Source: an uncultured archaeon (GTDB taxonomy: Archaea > Asgardarchaeota > Thorarchaeia > Thorarchaeales > Thorarchaeaceae). From it: a DNA stretch of 9,746 nucleotides. Both the position numbers and the translations under genes were made by a program. Each line of letters opens with the position of its first letter. Positions within the stretch are counted from its first letter, which is position 1. The notes under the pieces were generated by a model that made no database searches, had not been told where the DNA came from, and saw nothing but the letters and a program-made list of their open reading frames with translations. Location of the stretch: the NCBI GenBank assembly GCA_964648855.1, contig CAZYLT010000041.1, positions 1-9,746 on the forward strand, read 5' to 3'. Shown piece by piece: positions 4,976 through 9,746 of this stretch.

Positions 4976-6784
4976 TTGACATTTGGAAAGCGCACTTGCT
5001 TCTATGCAATTCTCGTTTTGATGATGTTTATATCAATCATACCTTCTCCTGTGAGGTCGCAAGGTCTGAATACTCGTGCTGGTACCGGTGCATTCGTGAA
5101 CAAAATCGTCTACAACGTCATTGAAGGTGAAGACCAGCAAGTGCATGCCTTACAGAACGACGAAATAGATCTAATCGGTGATTTTGTTGACCCTGTCTTT
5201 TATGACGCACTCCACGACGCAGAAGCAATCGAACTGGTTCAAACTCCTAGAAACGGCTATGGGTATATCACAATCAACTGTGACAAATACCCTCTCAATC
5301 TGACCTCGTTTAGGAGGGCGTTTGCGTATGCACTGGATAAAGAGGCAATCTCTGCCGATGTCTGGGGCGGACTATCAGTGCCACAGGATAGCCCCGTACC
5401 GCAGGTCAACCCCTTCTCAATTGAGGGGCTGTTGCCTTACACCTACTATGAGGCAAATGTTGAACTTGGTAACCAGATGCTTGACGATGCAGGCTTTGAA
5501 ATAGACCCTGAAACCGGATATCGAACTGCTCCAAATGGTACAGCTTTTGATATTGCTTTGGAGATTGTGACATCTTCCAGTGCGGCCTATGAAACATGTC
5601 GTGCGGCTTCCAATGCTTTGGACGAGTTGAACATCGAGAACTATGTTGGTTGGTCCTGGGATCCTCTCCATCGACTATATTTCCATGGTGACTCCGATAT
5701 GATGTTTCTAGGTTCTAGCTTTTCCACCTTTGATGTTGACTGGCTTGCCTACGAGTACTGGTCAGAATACGCTGATGAACCATACTGGAACTTCCCAATG
5801 TTCCAGAACTCGACATATGATGGCTGGAGAAATCAGCTTCTTCATGCTACCGAGTATGAGGATGTCTATGAGGCAGCTATCGAGATGCAAAGAATTTTGG
5901 TCTACGAGAGTCCTATAATCGTCTGCTATGAGAATACCTTGCTGTCTGCATATAGGGAGGATAAATTCGATAATTTTGTGCACGATGTCAACCATGGAAT
6001 TGCTTGTTACTGGACCAACTACCGCGCTCATCTGGAGGAGCCTGTCGATGGTTTATTCGGCGGAGCACTCCGCTGGAGCACACCTCTGCCTATTGACTCG
6101 TTCAATATTATGGTCACCTCCTCTGCCTATTCTATGGACATTCTCAACATGCTATACGATAGCCTCATTATGCAAGATGAGAGAGGCGAGGACGTGCTCT
6201 GGTTGGCCGAGTCCTGTAGAATTGAAACAAATGATGATAATCCATCTGTGATAGAGGGTCATACGCGGATAACTTTCGATTTGGTTCAAAATGCAACTTG
6301 GACTGACAGTACTCCTCTAACCGCAGCAGATGTAGCATTCTCCCTCAACTATTTTCGAGAAGCATCGGATAATCCGCTGGGGAGAGACCTGGCCCAGGTA
6401 GATGCAATCTATGCTCTAACCGAATATACAGTTGCAATCGAATTTCAAACAGAATCATATTGGCACCTCCACTCTGTTGGATACAAGCCAATCATCCCGA
6501 AACACATCTTTGAGGAGATTGGTCTCGAGAACTGGAACCTCTGGAATCCAGTGCCTCCGGAAGATGAGATGGTCACGTCAGGTCCCTATAATGTTTCAAA
6601 CTATGTGCCGTGGGATCACATCGAGTTGACGTATAACCCATATTTCTTCTACAGCTCTCGTTCCGACCCCACGACATCTCCTACCCTACCTGTAAGCAAC
6701 TTGGAATTATTCATTGCAGCAAGTGCAACTGCGGCAGGGATTATGTTACTTCTAGCTGTATACAAACTAGAAAAGGATGATTGA
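4976..6784 (+). CDS. ABC transporter substrate-binding protein, family 5, paralog of 3000-4826 (circularly permuted, C-terminal anchor)
   Basis: TTG start, signal peptide, the same motif order as the upstream paralog (ALQNDEIDLIGD, FRRAFAYALDKEAI, LAESC, WTDSTPLTAADVAFS, SGPY), a Pro/Thr/Ser linker PTTSPTLPVS and a C-terminal hydrophobic segment. Confidence 0.9.
   Translation: MTFGKRTCFYAILVLMMFISIIPSPVRSQGLNTRAGTGAFVNKIVYNVIEGEDQQVHALQNDEIDLIGDFVDPVFYDALHDAEAIELVQTPRNGYGYITINCDKYPLNLTSFRRAFAYALDKEAISADVWGGLSVPQDSPVPQVNPFSIEGLLPYTYYEANVELGNQMLDDAGFEIDPETGYRTAPNGTAFDIALEIVTSSSAAYETCRAASNALDELNIENYVGWSWDPLHRLYFHGDSDMMFLGSSFSTFDVDWLAYEYWSEYADEPYWNFPMFQNSTYDGWRNQLLHATEYEDVYEAAIEMQRILVYESPIIVCYENTLLSAYREDKFDNFVHDVNHGIACYWTNYRAHLEEPVDGLFGGALRWSTPLPIDSFNIMVTSSAYSMDILNMLYDSLIMQDERGEDVLWLAESCRIETNDDNPSVIEGHTRITFDLVQNATWTDSTPLTAADVAFSLNYFREASDNPLGRDLAQVDAIYALTEYTVAIEFQTESYWHLHSVGYKPIIPKHIFEEIGLENWNLWNPVPPEDEMVTSGPYNVSNYVPWDHIELTYNPYFFYSSRSDPTTSPTLPVSNLELFIAASATAAGIMLLLAVYKLEKDD
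5339..5498 (+). repeat. Near-identical tract shared with the paralog (copy at 3369-3528)
   Basis: Direct alignment at offset 1970, including a 52-nt perfect match (5433-5484 = 3463-3514). Confidence 0.9.
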
Positions 6785-6925
6785 TGATACAAGCACATCT
6801 TCCAATTCTAAAGACTTTGCCTGCTAATCGTTGCATTCGAGCAATTTCTGCAATGAGAAGGTAACACTAATACGATACGTTAAATGTGCTGAATTGGCTG
6901 AATACAGCAACGGAGCGATTGACGA

Positions 6926-7423
6926 ATGGGAATAATGCGAACCGCAGCAGTAAAAGGTTTGATTCCTCCAGGGAACAAAATAAGCGAACTGAGAGATAAT
7001 TTGACTAGACTGATGACTACAATGGCATCTGTCCTAGAATCTCGTTTTGGGCCAGAAGGATTAGATGCAGTTTCAGAGATATTTAGGAAACTTGGTGAAG
7101 AGGACGCAGAAGCTATGAAAGAACGCCTATCTCTTGGGTCGAGCCTTAAAGATGCAATCGATGGATGGATTGTAGTTGGGAACGTCATGGGTGCAAAGAT
7201 GGAGGCGAAGTGGAATGATGAAAACCGTGCAGAAACCCATCATCCGTATTGCCCTCAATATGAATCATTCAAGGAAGGAGGAACTCTCTACTGTGAATCT
7301 ATATGTCTGCCGTATGTAGAGGCTGTAGCAAAAGGCATTGCACCTGAAGTAGACATGGAGGTTGTACGACCTGCTACTGATGATTCGACGTGTGTCAAGG
7401 CTCTCGTCATTCATGATCCATGA
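6926..7423 (+). CDS. V4R-like / L-2-amino-thiazoline-4-carboxylate hydrolase-like family protein with four Cys
   Basis: Helical N-terminal half (LESRFGPEGLDAVSEIFRKLGEEDA), then CP...C-x3-C...C (C109, C123, C127, C156) with AKGIAPEV, the layout typical of V4R/ATC-hydrolase-like proteins. Function is uncertain. Confidence 0.7.
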   Translation: MGIMRTAAVKGLIPPGNKISELRDNLTRLMTTMASVLESRFGPEGLDAVSEIFRKLGEEDAEAMKERLSLGSSLKDAIDGWIVVGNVMGAKMEAKWNDENRAETHHPYCPQYESFKEGGTLYCESICLPYVEAVAKGIAPEVDMEVVRPATDDSTCVKALVIHDP

Positions 7424-7437
7424 TGTGTGTGAACTGA

Positions 7438-8076
7438 GTGACTGAGAGAGATATCGAATTCAATTCGAATAATCATAAACTAGTTGGTAGACTAAACAAG
7501 CCATCCGGTTTTGTGTCCCATGGTTCACTGCTATTACATCCCCATCCAAGATTTGGCGGATCAATGGAGAATCTGGTAGTTCGAGAATTAGAGCAGATTG
7601 CTTTAGATTCTGGTATGGCAGCATTACGTTTCAATTTCCGAGGTGCCCCTAGTAACCCCTTCACTTTCAATGGCGCCTTGGGAGCCGTTGAGGATGCGCT
7701 TGCTGCAAGGAATCACATGAAGAAAGAACTCGGTATTGAAAATCAGGGGGTTCTAGGCTACTCATTTGGAGCATCCATCGGGCTGAATGTTGCAGCTCAA
7801 GAAAGTCTTAGTTTCTTAGTTTGCCTTAGTGCCTCCTATGAAATCTTCCTGTCAACTGGTTTGAAACTGGAAGCATTGTCATCAATAGATTGTCCAGTTC
7901 TTCTTTTCCATGGAGTAGATGACACCGTAATATCCCCACAGGATGCTGACCGATTTTCATATGCAATTGGAAGCAACTCGGAAGTCGTTCAAATTGCAGA
8001 TGAAGGACATTTCTATCAAAACTCCATGAATCTTGTACGGATTAGAATCAAAGACTTTCTCTGCGAGACTATATGA
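7438..8076 (+). CDS. Alpha/beta-fold hydrolase (COG2945-like)
   Basis: GTG start 14 nt after the upstream stop. Motifs LLHPHPRFGGSM, LRFNFRG, nucleophile elbow GYSFG, acid in HGVDD and His in GHFY. Confidence 0.9.
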   Translation: MTERDIEFNSNNHKLVGRLNKPSGFVSHGSLLLHPHPRFGGSMENLVVRELEQIALDSGMAALRFNFRGAPSNPFTFNGALGAVEDALAARNHMKKELGIENQGVLGYSFGASIGLNVAAQESLSFLVCLSASYEIFLSTGLKLEALSSIDCPVLLFHGVDDTVISPQDADRFSYAIGSNSEVVQIADEGHFYQNSMNLVRIRIKDFLCETI

Positions 8077-8164
8077 GGCGGAACAGTTCCTGAACAGAAT
8101 AACAAACCAACAAATGATTAGGCTTAAGTGGCTTATTCCTTTGCCGAAATCCGGGATAACGAGT

Positions 8165-8848
8165 ATGTTGAAGGCTATCATCTTTGATCTTGATGGTACA
8201 ATAACTAAATTGGAGCTGCCACTTGAGGATATGCGCAGAGATACGAAGAATTACTACATCAGACAGGGGTTTCCTCCGGAATTGCTTGATGCCGCAGATG
8301 GAATATCGAGTTCTACCGAGAAAGCGAAAATCTACTTCGAAAAGAATGGAATCTCAGTCGAAGAGTGGGGCAGAATGGAGAAAGAAATTGATGAAATCCT
8401 GTCTACTCATGAAGGCGGTTCAGCACAAGAAGTGACCGTAATGAAGGATACTCTTGAAACTGTAGAAAAAATAAAGGCGATGGGTTTCAAGACTGCGATC
8501 TTGACAAATAATGGGAGAACTGCCGTTGATATTATCAAAAACCAGGTTCCTTTGGATAGGTATTTCGATTTGATCCAGACTCGTCATGAATCCCCCAATC
8601 CCAAACCCTTTCCAGACGGACTGAACAAAATAGTCCGCGATCTCTCCCTAGAGCCAGATGAGGCGGTTTACGTGGGAGATGCTCTAATAGATGCGGTTGC
8701 TGCAACTAGAGCGGGAGTTGAATTTTGGGGTGTTACCACTGGCGAAACAGCTAAAGAATCTCTAAGAGAGGCGGGTGCCAGTGAAGTTTTTGACAGGCTG
8801 TCCGGAATCATTGATTTGGCCAGCAAGCGAATTCGGGAAAGAGGCTGA
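8165..8848 (+). CDS. HAD-superfamily hydrolase, subfamily IA (phosphoglycolate phosphatase-like)
   Basis: MLKAIIFDLDGT (motif I), ILTNN (II), PKPFP (III) and VGDALID (IV). The true start is most likely ATG 8165, not 8033, which would overlap the upstream gene. Confidence 0.9.
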   Translation: MLKAIIFDLDGTITKLELPLEDMRRDTKNYYIRQGFPPELLDAADGISSSTEKAKIYFEKNGISVEEWGRMEKEIDEILSTHEGGSAQEVTVMKDTLETVEKIKAMGFKTAILTNNGRTAVDIIKNQVPLDRYFDLIQTRHESPNPKPFPDGLNKIVRDLSLEPDEAVYVGDALIDAVAATRAGVEFWGVTTGETAKESLREAGASEVFDRLSGIIDLASKRIRERG

Positions 8849-9119
8849 ATACCAAACAAGAGTCTGTCCATTTGTTAAGACAATGTCTATCTTTTTTGCC
8901 GTTTTGTGTTCTGTATATTGAATTGAAAGAGCCAGATATTATCGATAGGTTTCCGTTTTCTGAGTTGCGTTCTAGGCTCGTCTGGCCAATAAATCTGGGC
9001 TTATAGAACACCTCTCTCCAATCGGGTTATTCGATTCTATTATATACTATTCGAAGCACTGTGGTGATAGATACATTCCCTCGTCAGTAAAACACAGGAG
9101 CGTTCGGAGAATAAATACC

Positions 9120-9509
9120 ATGATGATAGATGAGGGTCTCTTATCCATTCTGAGGAGTGCAAATGGTGCCTATTCCTGCAAGAGACCGCCTATACCTAAG
9201 AATTGGAATTCTATTGACCGTCCGTATGTCGCTCTTCTGCTTCCCGGCGCAAATAAAAAAGAGGTCTTTAGATTTGTTCTTTCTCAACCTTCCAATCATT
9301 TGAGTGACCTGTCTGGCGAGCTAGAAACTGCCGATCTAGATTCTCTACCCGCCCTTTCTATTATTGAGGTAAAGCATAACGGGCACGAGTACTCATATTA
9401 CAGGCTAGACCCGGATGGTTGGAAAAAAGTTGCAGAATCAAAGAGCCCGTTCATGGTAGAAGTATTCTCTCATGGTACTCAGCCAATCATTATGGACGTG
9501 GGAAACTAA
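9120..9509 (+). CDS. Hypothetical protein (129 aa)
   Basis: Only long ORF in this interval. AGGAG/GGAG purine motifs upstream and a TATTATATA box near 9038-9046. Globular composition with no recognised motif. Confidence 0.6.
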   Translation: MMIDEGLLSILRSANGAYSCKRPPIPKNWNSIDRPYVALLLPGANKKEVFRFVLSQPSNHLSDLSGELETADLDSLPALSIIEVKHNGHEYSYYRLDPDGWKKVAESKSPFMVEVFSHGTQPIIMDVGN

Positions 9510-9746
9510 ATTCGATTTTCACTTGGGATTATGGATGTGATTTTGTCCGTTAGATGCTTAACTGTCGGAAAAATATGGTTCATTTAAGCTATTCTGTTGA
9601 AAGGTATTATTACGCCCCTAATTTCTCTAGTAAATTCATTCTCAAACGAGATTATATTATATATGGATTTGAATATAACATGAAATAAGAAGCTCGGGGG
9701 CCATCCTCTCAAAGAGTGTCATTCTCTCTCCTCCTTCCAACGTTCT

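Noticed and set aside
3369-5498. Diversity-generating retroelement TR/VR pair (6 of 10 mismatches are A in copy 1 versus G in copy 2)
   Set aside because: All mismatches are transitions and four are at non-A positions. Both copies lie mid-gene in intact paralogs, and there is no reverse transcriptase in the window.
8033-8164. 44-residue N-terminal extension of the HAD protein
   Set aside because: It overlaps the hydrolase gene, and HAD motif I normally lies within the first ~10 residues, which fits ATG 8165.
9655-9746. Possible 3' end of a minus-strand gene or a 21-codon ORF preceded by GGAGG at the right edge
   Set aside because: All three minus frames are briefly open from the edge, and there is too little sequence to choose a frame or assign a feature.
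1-9746. CRISPR arrays, tRNA/rRNA genes, transposases or terminal inverted repeats
   Set aside because: No regularly spaced repeats, cloverleaf-like segments or transposase/integrase motifs were seen by eye.

Overview
Archaeal genomic window; from the gene repertoire and protein style I infer an Asgard/Thorarchaeia-like organism, but this is not proven. There are nine likely CDSs: a presenilin-type (GxGD, peptidase A22) intramembrane aspartyl protease, a membrane-anchored LEA_2/WHy-like beta-sandwich protein, a convergent bifunctional phosphoglucose/phosphomannose isomerase, two tandem paralogous family-5 (OppA/DppA-like) solute-binding proteins, a Cys-containing V4R/ATC-hydrolase-like protein, an alpha/beta hydrolase, a HAD phosphatase and a 129-aa hypothetical protein. 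Four points stand out. Both binding proteins are circularly permuted relative to canonical OppA/DppA and have C-terminal membrane anchors, with no permease or ATPase in the window. The two paralogs are a nucleotide mosaic, with near-identical tracts beside synonymously saturated ones and a hypervariable block, which suggests gene conversion. The presenilin homologue has ED instead of YD, a PAI motif and predicted presenilin-like topology, and lies near type-I anchored proteins. A hairpin terminator arm and an ATCTATAA promoter-like motif each recur. I found no RNA genes, CRISPR arrays or mobile elements.
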